Source: Gemmatimonadota bacterium
GTDB taxonomy: Bacteria; Gemmatimonadota; Gemmatimonadetes; Gemmatimonadales; GWC2-71-9
Direction: 5' to 3'
Length of the DNA: 64,000 nucleotides
NCBI GenBank assembly: GCA_041497135.1
Contig: JBGQFX010000014.1
Location: forward strand, 62-64,061
Part shown: positions 8,401 to 18,199 of the stretch, piece after piece
How positions within the stretch are numbered: position 1 is the first letter of the stretch
Layout of the letters: the number at the start of each line of letters is the position of its first letter
Notes under the pieces: generated by a model
Told to the model about the DNA's origin: nothing
Databases searched by the model: none
What the model saw: the letters and a program-made list of their open reading frames with translations, nothing else
Translations under genes and position numbers: made by a program

Positions 8401-11400
8401 CTAAACCGCCTTCACGAGATGAACGCTGTCGGCACCCAGGATGCCGCGCAACGCGCCCAGCAGCTCATCGTCCGGGTCCACGCGCAGGCTCCGGCTCACC
8501 AGTCGCGCCGCGCCGCCGCCATTGGACCCCTCACCTTCCCACTCAACCAGTACCGGCGCCGGGCCGGGGTGCGCCGCACACAGGGCGGCGGCGGCCCGGG
8601 CCGCATCAGCCTCGGGCGGCGTGGCCGCGTGCCAGCGCAGCGCGAGGCCGATCTGGCCACTCGCTTTCAGCTCGTCGAGCGGTCGGGCCGCCTCCACGAT
8701 GAACGGCGCCTGCTCCTCGCCCCGGTCCCGCTGGCTGTAGCTCCCGGTGAGCAGCAGGGCGCAATCGGGCGCGATCACCGTGTTGAGACGCGACCACGCA
8801 TCCGGAAACACGAGCGCCTCCGCCGTGCCGTGGAAATCCTCGAGCACGAGGCGCGCGTACTCGGCGCCGGATTTCTTCGAAACCTGCCGCTTCACGATCG
8901 ACATCACCGCGGCGATCGTCACCTTCTGGTCGCTCCACGCGCCCAGGGTCGCCGTGGTCCGGGTCCCGAAAAGCTCCACCTCCGCGCGATACTTGGCGAG
9001 GGGGTGCCCGGAAATGAAGAAGCCGAGCACGGCTTTCTCCCGCACCAGGCGGTCGTGCTCGGGCCACGGCGGCACTTCGGGCAGCGGCGCGGTCGGCCGG
9101 GCGACGGGCGCCGTCTCACCGAACAGCGCGTGCTGGCCGACCTGGCGCTCCTGCTGGCGGACCTGGGCTTCCCCGAACGCGTGCTCGAGGGCGGCGACGA
9201 GCTGCGCGCGGTGGCCGCCGAGCGAGTCACAGGCACCGGCGTCGATGAGCGCCTCCAGGACGCGCTTGTTGCACAGCCGGAGATCGATGCGGTCGCACAG
9301 CTCGACCAGCGATCGATAGGGGCTCGCCTCGCGGCCGGCGATGATCGAGGCGATCGCGCCGTGGCCGACGTTTTTCACGGCGCCCAGGCCGAAGCGGATA
9401 CGCGTGTCGCCCACGACCGTGAACTTGAAGCGCGACTCGTTGACGTCGGGCGGGAGGACCTCGAGCCCGAGCTCCCGTGCCTCGTTGATGTACTCGACGA
9501 CGTTGTCGGTGTTGCCGATCTCGCTCGACAGCAGCGCGGCGAGGAATTCCGCGGGATAATACGCCTTGAGCCAGGCGGTCTGATAGGACAGCAGCGAATA
9601 CGCGACCGCGTGGGACTTGTTGAACCCGTAGCGGCCGAACGTCTCGATCTGGGCGGCGATGTCCTCCACCACGCGCCGGTCGTGCCCGCGCCCCACCGCG
9701 CGCTCGACGAACCGCGCCAGCTCTTCCTGGATCAGCTCCTTGATCTTCTTGCCCACCGCCTTGCGCAGCACGTCGGCTTCGGCGAGCGAGTAGCCCCCCA
9801 GGATGTTGGCGATGCGCATCACCTGCTCCTGATAGGTGATGACGCCGTACGTGGGCTGCAACACCTCCTGCAGCGCCGGGTGCGGATAGCGAACCGGATC
9901 GCGGCCCAGTTTCCGGTTGATGAACACGAGATGCATGCCCGTGTCGAGCGGGCCGGGCCGGAGCAAGGCATTGGCGGCGACCAGATCGTCGAAGCGGTCG
10001 CATTTCATCTGGCGCAGGCAGTCCGTGGCCAACGGCGACTCGAACTGGAACACCCCTGCCGTGCGGCCGCTGCGCAGCTGCTCGTAGACCGTGGGATCCG
10101 CAAGGTCCAGCTGGTCCATATCGAGTGTGACGCCGTGCCGCTCCTGGACCATGGCCACGGTGTCGTGGATGACCGTGAGCGTCCGCAGGCCCAGCAGGTC
10201 GATCTTCAACATGCCGACCTTTTCGAGCGCCACCATGTCGTACTGCGTGATGATCGCGTCGTCGTCCTGGGGAGAGAGGCACACCGGGACATAGTCCGAG
10301 AGCGGGCCCGGCGCGATCACCACCCCCGCCGCGTGCACCGAGGCGTGGCGGGCCAGGCCCTCGATCCGGCTCCCTAGGTCCAGCACTTTGCGCACCCGCT
10401 CGTCCTGCTCAGCGAGGCTCTTCAGCTCGGGGACCTTGGTCGCCGCTTCCGCGAGGGTGAGCGAGAACCCGGGGCCCGCGGGGATGAACTTCGTGGCGCG
10501 GTCCACTTCGCCGATCTCGAGGCGCAGCGTCCGGGCTACGTCGCGGAACGCCGCGCGTGCCTTCATGGTCCCGAAGGTGATGATCTGACCCACCGACTCC
10601 CGGCCGTAGCGCGCGCGCACGTACTCGATCACCTCGCCGCGGCGCTCGAAGCAGAAGTCGAGGTCGATGTCCGGCATCGAGATCCGTTCGGGATTCAGGA
10701 ACCGCTCGAACAGCAGATCGAAGCGCAGCGGGTCGACGTTGGTGATGTGCAACGCATACGCCACCAGCGAGCCGGCCGCCGAGCCGCGCCCCGGGCCCAC
10801 CGGGATGCCGCGGTCGCGCGCCGCCTTGACCAGGTCATAAACGATCAGGAAGTAGCCGGCGTAGCCGGTGCGCTGGATGACATCCAGCTCGTAGTCGACC
10901 CGCTCGGCCACGGGGGCCGGCAGCGGATCGCCGTAGCGCTCACGGGCGCCCTGCCGCGCCAGGTGCACCAGCAGGTCGTTGTCGCTCGCGAACTCCGGCG
11001 GGCGCGGGTACTGCGGCAGAAAGTAGCGCTTTTCGAAGTCGAACTCGCACAGGTTCGCGACCCGCGCGGTCTCGGCCAGCACGTCCGGGCGGCCCGGGAA
11101 GAGCGGTTTCATCTCCTTCTCGGACTTGACGTAGCTCTCCTGCCCGAAAAACCGGAACCGTTTTGGATCATCGAGATCCTTGCCGGTGCCGATCGCGAGC
11201 AGGACGTCGTGTGCCTCGGCGTCTTCCTTCATGAGGTAGTGGGCGTCGTTCGTCGCCAGCACCGGGATCCCGAGCTCCTGCGACAGGCGGAACATGCCCT
11301 CGGTGACGAGTTTCTCTTCTTCCATTCCGTGGTTCTGGACCTCGAGCCAGAAGCCCTCCGGTCCGAACACCCCGGCGAAGTACTGGGCGCTGGCCTTGGC

Positions 11401-11865
11401 CGCCTCGTATTGCCCCTGGCGCAGGTAAAGGGCCACCTCGCCCGACAGGCAGGCGGCGAGACAGACCAGCCCTTCCTTGTGTGCTTCGAGCGACTCCCGA
11501 TCGATCCGTGGCCGCCGGTAGAACCCCTCCAGAAACCCGATCGAGGACAGTTTGACGAGGTTGTGGTAGCCCACGCGGTTCTTGGCCAACAACACGAGGT
11601 GGGAGTAGGGGCCGGGGGCGTCGGCCGGTTTCTCACGCGCATGGCGGCTCCCGAACGCCATGTAGGCCTCGAAGCCCAGGATCGGTCGGATCCGGCGGGC
11701 CTTCGCCTCCTCGTAGAAGGTCCAGGCGCCGTGCAGGTTGCCGTGATCGGTGATGGCGAGCGAATCCATGCCGAGCGCCGCGACCCGATCCAGGAGCTCC
11801 GGGATCCGGTTCGCGCCATCGAGCAGGGAGTATTCGCTGTGCGTGTGGAGATGGACGAACGTCAT
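8401..11865 (-). CDS. dnaE: DNA polymerase III subunit alpha
   Basis: PHP domain opening MTFVHLHTHSEYSLLDG, then polymerase core, HhH and OB-fold regions. Start placed at the ATG at 11865, since the 29 upstream codons of the tracked ORF look non-coding. Confidence 0.95.
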   Translation of the reverse strand: MTFVHLHTHSEYSLLDGANRIPELLDRVAALGMDSLAITDHGNLHGAWTFYEEAKARRIRPILGFEAYMAFGSRHAREKPADAPGPYSHLVLLAKNRVGYHNLVKLSSIGFLEGFYRRPRIDRESLEAHKEGLVCLAACLSGEVALYLRQGQYEAAKASAQYFAGVFGPEGFWLEVQNHGMEEEKLVTEGMFRLSQELGIPVLATNDAHYLMKEDAEAHDVLLAIGTGKDLDDPKRFRFFGQESYVKSEKEMKPLFPGRPDVLAETARVANLCEFDFEKRYFLPQYPRPPEFASDNDLLVHLARQGARERYGDPLPAPVAERVDYELDVIQRTGYAGYFLIVYDLVKAARDRGIPVGPGRGSAAGSLVAYALHITNVDPLRFDLLFERFLNPERISMPDIDLDFCFERRGEVIEYVRARYGRESVGQIITFGTMKARAAFRDVARTLRLEIGEVDRATKFIPAGPGFSLTLAEAATKVPELKSLAEQDERVRKVLDLGSRIEGLARHASVHAAGVVIAPGPLSDYVPVCLSPQDDDAIITQYDMVALEKVGMLKIDLLGLRTLTVIHDTVAMVQERHGVTLDMDQLDLADPTVYEQLRSGRTAGVFQFESPLATDCLRQMKCDRFDDLVAANALLRPGPLDTGMHLVFINRKLGRDPVRYPHPALQEVLQPTYGVITYQEQVMRIANILGGYSLAEADVLRKAVGKKIKELIQEELARFVERAVGRGHDRRVVEDIAAQIETFGRYGFNKSHAVAYSLLSYQTAWLKAYYPAEFLAALLSSEIGNTDNVVEYINEARELGLEVLPPDVNESRFKFTVVGDTRIRFGLGAVKNVGHGAIASIIAGREASPYRSLVELCDRIDLRLCNKRVLEALIDAGACDSLGGHRAQLVAALEHAFGEAQVRQQERQVGQHALFGETAPVARPTAPLPEVPPWPEHDRLVREKAVLGFFISGHPLAKYRAEVELFGTRTTATLGAWSDQKVTIAAVMSIVKRQVSKKSGAEYARLVLEDFHGTAEALVFPDAWSRLNTVIAPDCALLLTGSYSQRDRGEEQAPFIVEAARPLDELKASGQIGLALRWHAATPPEADAARAAAALCAAHPGPAPVLVEWEGEGSNGGGAARLVSRSLRVDPDDELLGALRGILGADSVHLVKAV

Positions 11866-11912
11866 CTGGTAGACCACAAGGTCCGAACGGAAGATACGGG
11901 CGCGGATTTGCA

Positions 11913-11941
11913 TTGTCAAAACCCGTTGCGGGGTCGAGATT
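11913..11941 (+). promoter_or_regulatory. candidate sigma70-like promoter giving a leaderless or near-leaderless transcript of the antiporter gene
   Basis: TTGTCA (11913-11918), exact 17-nt spacer, GAGATT (11936-11941); ATG at 11951. Pattern match only. Confidence 0.25.
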
Positions 11942-11950
11942 CTGCAGATC

Positions 11951-13237
11951 ATGCGAACGCTCGGCGCCTTGCTGCTGCTCGCGGTCGCGCTCGCGCTGCT
12001 GCATTACGCCAGCGCCGGCGCGCCACTTGCCGCGAGCGCGACACTCGCGTTGGGCGTCCTCGTGGTGACGGCCGAGCTCGCGGGTCGTCTGGTGACGCGT
12101 TGGGGATGGCCGCGGGTCTCCGGGTATCTCACCGCCGGCATCATCCTGGGGCCCTCGGGGGTCGGGCTGGTCGGGGCAGCCGAGGCGGAGTCGCTGCGCG
12201 TGATCGGCGATGCGGCGCTCGCCCTGTTCGCGCTGCGGGCGGGCCTGGCGCTGCGCGGGCGATCGGCGACGCCCACGGGTCTGGGTCGGTATCTGACGAC
12301 CTCGATCGGCGTGCCGTTCGCCTTCACCGCCGGCGCCGTTTACGCCCTCCATTCGTGGTTTCCGCTCACCATCCACCAGCCCCCAGGCGACGCCCTGGCG
12401 GTCGCGCTGACGCTCGGTGCCCTGACGGCCGTCGCGGCTCCAGCGTTGACCTGGTTCACACTGCAGGACGCTCCGGATGCCACGTCGGGAGCGGACCTGC
12501 TGTGGCTCAACGTGACGAGGGACTTCGCGGCGATCCCGCTGTTCGCCGTCGTTCTGGTCGTGGCGCGATTCCTCACCAGCGCGGGCGCGCTGCACCCGTC
12601 GGCGTTCTGGCTCCCGCTCGTCGCCCTGGGGGCATCAGTCCTGGCTGGGGCACTGCTGGCGTGGCTGGTGAGCCGGTTCGGGCGGTTTTTGGAGGTCCCT
12701 CCGGGTGCCATCTTGTTGGGGATAGCATTCAGCGCCGCCGTCGCTGGTGCCCTTGGACCGGCCGAGGTGACGCTGTCCGCCCTGGTCGTGGGTCTCGTCC
12801 TGGCCCGCTGGGACGATGTCTCGGCCGAGGCGTTGCGGCGTCATTTCGATGCGCGCGGGGTCGCCCTGGCGGCGGCGGCATTCGCGCTCGTCGGTGTCGG
12901 GTTCGACATGTCCGCTCTGGGCGAGCTCTGGCCCTGGATCCTTCTCCTCGTGGGGGTGCGGGCGGCGGGCTTGTACTGGGGTGGACGCTGGGCAGCACGG
13001 GACTCCCTGGTGACAAGAGTCCTTGCGCGGCGGGGCTGGTTGGGCCTTATCTCGCAGGCGGGCGTTGGTCTGCTGCTCGCGGCCGTGGGCCGACGGGCCT
13101 TCCCCGAATGGGGGGTATCATTCGAGGCACTGGCGGTCGCGCTGGTGGCGGTACACGCGACGATCGGCCCCATCTGTCTGCGCTGGGGGCTCGCCCGGCG
13201 CCCGAATCCTATGGAAGGAGTCACCGGTGCGGCGTAG
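11951..13237 (+). CDS. cation:proton antiporter (Na+/H+ exchanger family) membrane protein
   Basis: 428 aa, about 11-12 hydrophobic helices. Motifs such as GYLTAGIILGPSGVGLV are typical of the CPA family. Confidence 0.7.
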   Translation: MRTLGALLLLAVALALLHYASAGAPLAASATLALGVLVVTAELAGRLVTRWGWPRVSGYLTAGIILGPSGVGLVGAAEAESLRVIGDAALALFALRAGLALRGRSATPTGLGRYLTTSIGVPFAFTAGAVYALHSWFPLTIHQPPGDALAVALTLGALTAVAAPALTWFTLQDAPDATSGADLLWLNVTRDFAAIPLFAVVLVVARFLTSAGALHPSAFWLPLVALGASVLAGALLAWLVSRFGRFLEVPPGAILLGIAFSAAVAGALGPAEVTLSALVVGLVLARWDDVSAEALRRHFDARGVALAAAAFALVGVGFDMSALGELWPWILLLVGVRAAGLYWGGRWAARDSLVTRVLARRGWLGLISQAGVGLLLAAVGRRAFPEWGVSFEALAVALVAVHATIGPICLRWGLARRPNPMEGVTGAA

Positions 13238-14930
13238 CCCCAGGACCGTGAAGAGTCTCGCGCTCGCGATGTGCGGCGCCCTCGCAGCGTGCGACGGTGG
13301 TGGTGGCGGCGGCACGACTGTGGTGCCCCAGTGCCGCACCGCGGGTGGCCAGCCGGTGACGCTTGCGGTGGGCGCGTATCAGGCGATCTCACCGATCGCG
13401 AACGCCGGCTGCCTGACCTTCCCGGGCAACGCATCGACCATTGACTCGGCGGTCTACCTTGTCGTGCCCCAGCTCGCTACCGATTCCCAAGGGGCCACGG
13501 CTGCTTTCATCTTGGACGGAGACACTCTCCACGCGGTAGCCGCGGTGGCGGCGACTACGGCACCCACCGCCGTGCTCGACCTGGGATTGCGTTTTCACGA
13601 TTTTCTGCGGCGTGAGGAACGTGAGGGATGGCGCAGCCTCCCCGTGGCGCCGTCGGTCATGCGGGCGCCGAGCGCCGCACGGATGCCGCCTCCGACCGTC
13701 GGAGATATGCACACCTTCAGCGTGTGTGCCAACCTGACCTGCTCGACGTTTCAGTCGGTGAACGCGACCGCCAAGGCGGTGAGCGGGCATCTCGCTATAT
13801 ACGTTGATAACGCGGCTCCCGCGGGCGGGCTCGACTCAGCGGACTATGACACCTTGGGCGTGTTGTTCGACACGCGGTTATACGCGCTCGACACGGCAGC
13901 GTACGGCCGCGAGTCTGACATCGATAACAACACGGTTGTCGCCGTGCTGATGACGAACGTGGTGAACAAGCTGGTCACCAAAGCGCAGTGCACCCAGTCG
14001 GGTTTCGTCGCCGGGTTTTTCTTCGGGGCCGATATTGACCCGTTCTTCATTGGGGATCCGCGATTCAATCACGGCGAGGTGTTCTATTCGATTGTCGCCG
14101 ACTCGACCGGCACGCTGTCCTGCGCCCACAAGGTGAGCCAGTTGAAGCGCCTCGTGCCGGTGACGTTCGTCCACGAGTTCCAGCACATGATCAGCTACAA
14201 CCAGCACGTGCTGGTGCGCGGTGGGGAGCCGCAGCATACCTGGCTCGACGAGGGCCTGTCGCACTTCGCCGAGGAGCTCGGTGGTCGCAGTTTCTTGCCC
14301 GGGGATCAGGCCAGCTTCTCCAACTTTGTGATCGGTGACCTGGCTAATGCCTATCTCTATCTCGACTCGTCCGGGGCTCATTTCCTGGCGTACTCGAGCG
14401 GGATCGGATCGCTGGCGGAGCGGGGGGCGGCGTGGCTGTTCGTGCGCTATCTGGCGGACCAGTTTGCCGCGGACACGACCTTCTCAGCCACTGCGGCGTT
14501 CATGCGCACGCTCGAGCAGACCAGTCTGCTTGGCGGGTTGGACGTGGCCGCCGCGACGGGTCAGCCGTTCGCGACGGTGGTCGAGCAGTGGGCGCTGGCG
14601 AATTACGTGTCGGACCTGCCCGGATTCACCCCGCCGCCGGAGTTGCAGTACCGCTCTTGGAGATTCCGGGTGACATACCCCGCGCTGAACGCGCAGTGCG
14701 GCAACTTCACGCCACCGTGCCCGTTTCCCAAGCCGTTTCCGCTCACGCCGCCCGCGACGCTCGCCACGGCGGTGCCGCTCGCCGGGACGCTGCGCGCCGG
14801 CTCGGGGTGGTACGCGTTGGCGCTGCAGCCGCCGTCAGCGCCCGGATTCACGCTGTTGTTTTCCGGGCCGAACGGCGCGGCGTTGCCGGCGGCGTTGGTA
14901 CCGAGGCTGAATGTGATTCGGATTCGCTAA
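13227..14930 (+). CDS. secreted lipoprotein, gluzincin (MA clan) metallopeptidase-like
   Basis: GTG at 13227 preceded by GGAAGGAG; overlaps the antiporter stop. Signal plus lipobox LALAMCGALAAC. HEFQHM (HExxH) followed by WLDEGLSHFAEE, resembling the M1-type WLNEGFA third-ligand motif. Confidence 0.6.
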   Translation: MRRSPRTVKSLALAMCGALAACDGGGGGGTTVVPQCRTAGGQPVTLAVGAYQAISPIANAGCLTFPGNASTIDSAVYLVVPQLATDSQGATAAFILDGDTLHAVAAVAATTAPTAVLDLGLRFHDFLRREEREGWRSLPVAPSVMRAPSAARMPPPTVGDMHTFSVCANLTCSTFQSVNATAKAVSGHLAIYVDNAAPAGGLDSADYDTLGVLFDTRLYALDTAAYGRESDIDNNTVVAVLMTNVVNKLVTKAQCTQSGFVAGFFFGADIDPFFIGDPRFNHGEVFYSIVADSTGTLSCAHKVSQLKRLVPVTFVHEFQHMISYNQHVLVRGGEPQHTWLDEGLSHFAEELGGRSFLPGDQASFSNFVIGDLANAYLYLDSSGAHFLAYSSGIGSLAERGAAWLFVRYLADQFAADTTFSATAAFMRTLEQTSLLGGLDVAAATGQPFATVVEQWALANYVSDLPGFTPPPELQYRSWRFRVTYPALNAQCGNFTPPCPFPKPFPLTPPATLATAVPLAGTLRAGSGWYALALQPPSAPGFTLLFSGPNGAALPAALVPRLNVIRIR

Positions 14931-14934
14931 GCGC

Positions 14935-15891
14935 ATGCAACGTCGAGTCGGTCGCCCCGGCTTCTTTCGACGCCTTCTCTTGACGTCTTTCCTTGACGCC
15001 TTTCTGGTGGCGGGGCTTGTCGCCCAGTCCGAAGGCAGCGTGGTTGCTTCACTCCCCGGCTCAACCCGATCGGCGGCGATGGGCGGGGCCGGTGCGGCGC
15101 TGATCGGCGACGCGGGGGCGCTGTTCTCCAATCCCGCGGGGATCGCTGCGGTGCACCGGGTCGCGGTCGAGGGCTCGTTTGAGCCCTACCTCGCCGGCAC
15201 GACCTACAGCGCCGGGGCGCTGGCGGTGCGTGCGGGACGGATCGCCTGGGGACTCGGGGTGCAGGCGCTCGACTATGGCTCGGAGGCGATCATCGTTCCC
15301 GACCCCGCGAGCGGCAACCGCCGCGGCATGCCAACAGGCGGCAGCTTCACCGCCGGTGACCTGCTCGCCACGACAACCCTCGTGTATCGGCGCGGACTCA
15401 TCGCGGCCGGGGCATCGGCGAAGTACGCGCGGGAGCAGATCGGCGCCTGGTCGGCGGACGCCTGGGCCGGAGACCTGGGCGTCGCCATCGCGGTGTTCGA
15501 CATCCTGGCGCTCGGTGCCAGCGTTCAGAACCTGGGCGGTGCTTTCGGAACGCCGGACGGCGCCCGCCTGCAACGTCGCACGCGTGTCGGGTTCACGACG
15601 AACTACGTGGACCCGGAAGGCACCTACCGACTGCTCACCACGATCGAGGGCCTGTGGCCCGCGGGTGATCCGGCGCAGGTGGTGCTCGGGGCGGAAGGGG
15701 GCATGGTGGCGCGAGGGGTCGGCGTTCTTGGGCGACTGGGATTCGCGACGCGATCACCCACCAGCGCCGCATCCCGCTGGACCTTCGGCGCCGGCGTGGA
15801 GCTGCGGCGGCTCCATGTCGACTATGCCTACCAGTCGTTCGCGCTCCTGGGCGGGGGGACGCACCGGTTGGGCCTGCGGTGGGCGCCCTGA
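14935..15891 (+). CDS. outer-membrane beta-barrel protein, PorV/PorQ/UPF0164-like
   Basis: 318 aa. Signal peptide, then RSAAMGGAGAALIGDAGALFSNPAGIA, the typical N-terminal motif of PorV/FadL-like barrels. Alternating beta-strand pattern to the C-terminal HRLGLRW. Confidence 0.5.
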   Translation: MQRRVGRPGFFRRLLLTSFLDAFLVAGLVAQSEGSVVASLPGSTRSAAMGGAGAALIGDAGALFSNPAGIAAVHRVAVEGSFEPYLAGTTYSAGALAVRAGRIAWGLGVQALDYGSEAIIVPDPASGNRRGMPTGGSFTAGDLLATTTLVYRRGLIAAGASAKYAREQIGAWSADAWAGDLGVAIAVFDILALGASVQNLGGAFGTPDGARLQRRTRVGFTTNYVDPEGTYRLLTTIEGLWPAGDPAQVVLGAEGGMVARGVGVLGRLGFATRSPTSAASRWTFGAGVELRRLHVDYAYQSFALLGGGTHRLGLRWAP

Positions 15892-17000
15892 TGGAGCAGC
15901 GTCACCGCCCCCGCTGGGGCCGGATTCTGCGCCGCCTCGCGGCCGGCGTCGCGCTCGGGATTCCCGCGGTGCTCGGCGTCGCGCTGATCGCGTCGGCCGA
16001 TGCCCGCTATCTCGCCCGCGCCGGCGTGGAAGAAGCCCGCATCCTGCTCAAGCGACGGGCGATCGCGAAGCTGGTAGCGGATTCGAGCCTCCCGGCGGGG
16101 CTGCGTCAGCGTCTCCGACTGGTCCTGGCCGCGAGGGTATACGCTGCGGATACGTTGCATCTCGCAGTGGGGGAGACGTACACGACATACGCCGATGTGG
16201 GCCGGGACACCCTGCTGCTGGTCCTCTCGGGCGCGCGGCGCGACCGGCTGCGGGCCTACACCTGGACCTACCCCATTGTCGGTGTGGTGCCCTACAAGGG
16301 GTTCTTCAACGCCACCCGCGCGCGCGAAGCCGGGGCGGACCTGGAACGGAACGGCTACGACGCCTATCTGCGCCCGGCGGGCGCGTTCTCGACGCTCGGC
16401 TACTTCTCGGATCCCCTGTTTTCCACGGCGGTGGATCGGGACACGATGGAGCTCGTCGCCACGGTGATCCACGAGCTGGCCCACAACACCCTGTATGTGA
16501 AGAGCCAAACCCCGTTCAACGAGAGCTTCGCCAGTTTCGTGGGGTACCGCGGCGCTGAGGCATTCTTCCGGTCGCGGGGCGACACGGCGGACAGCCGGCG
16601 GGCAGCGGCGCGCTGGGGCGACGAGCGGACGCTCGATGTGTTCTGGGCCGAGTTGGCGCGCCGGCTCGATTCGGCTTACGCCGAGGTGTCTTCGGCGCGG
16701 GCGGTCGAAGCGGCGCGAGGCACCCTGTTCGGCTGGGCGCGGGAGCAGTTGACGGGTCCCGTGGGGCAATCGCTCGAGACCTACGACTGGCGCTGGTTTG
16801 CCCAGGCCCCGCTCAACAACGCGGTCGTCATCGCGCAGCGGATTTACCGGCAGAACCTCAATCTCTTCGATGAGCTCTACGCGGAAAACGCCGGCAGCAT
16901 GCCCGAAACGATCCGCGCGATCCAGCTGCGGGTGTTCACCCAGCCGGACGGGGATGCCTACCGGGCGTTGTACTCGCGGGCAGGGGGTCCGGCGAACTAG
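15891..17000 (+). CDS. putative aminopeptidase (DUF2265 / COG4324-like zinc peptidase)
   Basis: ATG at 15891 overlaps the upstream TGA (TGATG). N-terminal anchor LAAGVALGIPAVLGVALIA. VIHELAHNTLY HExxH-type motif and YLRPAGAFSTLGYFSDPL, characteristic of this family. Confidence 0.7.
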   Translation: MEQRHRPRWGRILRRLAAGVALGIPAVLGVALIASADARYLARAGVEEARILLKRRAIAKLVADSSLPAGLRQRLRLVLAARVYAADTLHLAVGETYTTYADVGRDTLLLVLSGARRDRLRAYTWTYPIVGVVPYKGFFNATRAREAGADLERNGYDAYLRPAGAFSTLGYFSDPLFSTAVDRDTMELVATVIHELAHNTLYVKSQTPFNESFASFVGYRGAEAFFRSRGDTADSRRAAARWGDERTLDVFWAELARRLDSAYAEVSSARAVEAARGTLFGWAREQLTGPVGQSLETYDWRWFAQAPLNNAVVIAQRIYRQNLNLFDELYAENAGSMPETIRAIQLRVFTQPDGDAYRALYSRAGGPAN

Positions 17001-18199
17001 TCGAAGCGCAGCCGGCGCCGGGCCGTGCGTGACGCAGGGTGCTGCACCTCGGCCAGGGCGTGGGCGACGCCGGGGATGGCGCTGACGCGCGTGCCCCGAT
17101 CCGTCAGCGCTCCGACGACGTCCGCCTGAACCCCGGCGCCTGCGGTTTCGATGGGATGCTCCAGGGTGAACACGATGCCGGTTCCCTGGGCGACGCTCGC
17201 CGCGAGCTCGCTCCAGCCGGTGTCGGCGGGCAACGGGCGCAGTGCCACGAGTAACGGCACCGCTGCCGGATCGAACGCCGCCCGCGTGACTAGCGGCGCG
17301 TCGACGAGATCCGCGAGCGTGTTCCAGATCGGCAGCGTGGGTCCCACCGGGACCACCTGGCCGAAGCGCCAACCACGGTCTTGGGCCAGCTCGGCGAACG
17401 CCCGGATCAGCGCCTCGTCGCCTGGAGCGACCGGCCCGCGGTGCGGGGCCAGCACCGTGCTCCCGGTCTCGGCAAACCAGCGCTCGGCCGGTAACATCTC
17501 ATCCGGCTTGCGCGGCGCATAGGACGCGTAGCGGCGCGTGGCCTCGATCTCACGCTCGGCCTCGGCGCGCTGCTCGTCATGCTCGGCGGCCTGGGCCGCA
17601 CCTTCGAACGCCACTTCCGCCGCCACGTACCGACCGGCATCGCGCAGAATCCGGCCGCGCAGCCTGAGCGTCTCGGTGTGGGGCTCGAGGGCAAACGCGC
17701 GATCCAGCGCGAGCAGCGCGCGATTCCCATCTCCCAATCGGTACGCGGCGACGCCGAGCTCGTGCCAGACGAGGCCAAGGTCGGGGTCGCTTTCGACGGC
17801 GCGCTCCAGCACCGTCAGCGCTTCGTGATAGCGCGCCATCTCGATCAGGGCCGCGCCGGTGAGGGCCAACGCGAACGCCGAATCGGGGAACTGCGCCTGC
17901 GCCGCCTGCGCGACGCGCAGGGCCTCATCGGCGCGACCGGCGCTGCGCAGCAGCTCGAAATATTCCGCCCAGCACGGTTTCAGGTCGGGGTGGAGCGTCA
18001 GGACTTCACGGTAGGCGGCCTCCGCGTCGTCCGTGCGTCCCTCGCGCGCCAGGTAGCGCGCTCGTGCCATCGCGCGTTCGCTCGGCGCGTCGGGAAACAG
18101 ATCGAACGAGGCCGTTGTCCGCATGGTCGCAAATGTACCGCCTGCCCACAAGCTGGCTAGCCGCACCATGAGGGCACTAGATTGTCGCGCATGGATCAC
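16997..18199 (-). CDS. tetratricopeptide repeat protein
   Basis: The N-terminal half shows repeated TPR-like A..Y......P....A helices (AEAAYREVLTLHPD, ALRVAQAAQAQFPDS, ALTVLERAVESDPD, ALLALDRAFALEPH). Start uncertain: GTG 18199, ATG 18169 or ATG 18124. Confidence 0.6.
   Translation of the reverse strand: MIHARQSSALMVRLASLWAGGTFATMRTTASFDLFPDAPSERAMARARYLAREGRTDDAEAAYREVLTLHPDLKPCWAEYFELLRSAGRADEALRVAQAAQAQFPDSAFALALTGAALIEMARYHEALTVLERAVESDPDLGLVWHELGVAAYRLGDGNRALLALDRAFALEPHTETLRLRGRILRDAGRYVAAEVAFEGAAQAAEHDEQRAEAEREIEATRRYASYAPRKPDEMLPAERWFAETGSTVLAPHRGPVAPGDEALIRAFAELAQDRGWRFGQVVPVGPTLPIWNTLADLVDAPLVTRAAFDPAAVPLLVALRPLPADTGWSELAASVAQGTGIVFTLEHPIETAGAGVQADVVGALTDRGTRVSAIPGVAHALAEVQHPASRTARRRLRFD

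Noticed and set aside
8311-13251. Long plus-strand ORFs 8311-10377 (688 aa) and 10747-13251 (834 aa)
   Set aside because: The first is antisense to dnaE. The second is antisense to dnaE and then, from 11951, an out-of-frame same-strand shadow of the antiporter gene. The compositions are Arg/Gly/Pro-dominated with no motifs, so both are shadow ORFs.
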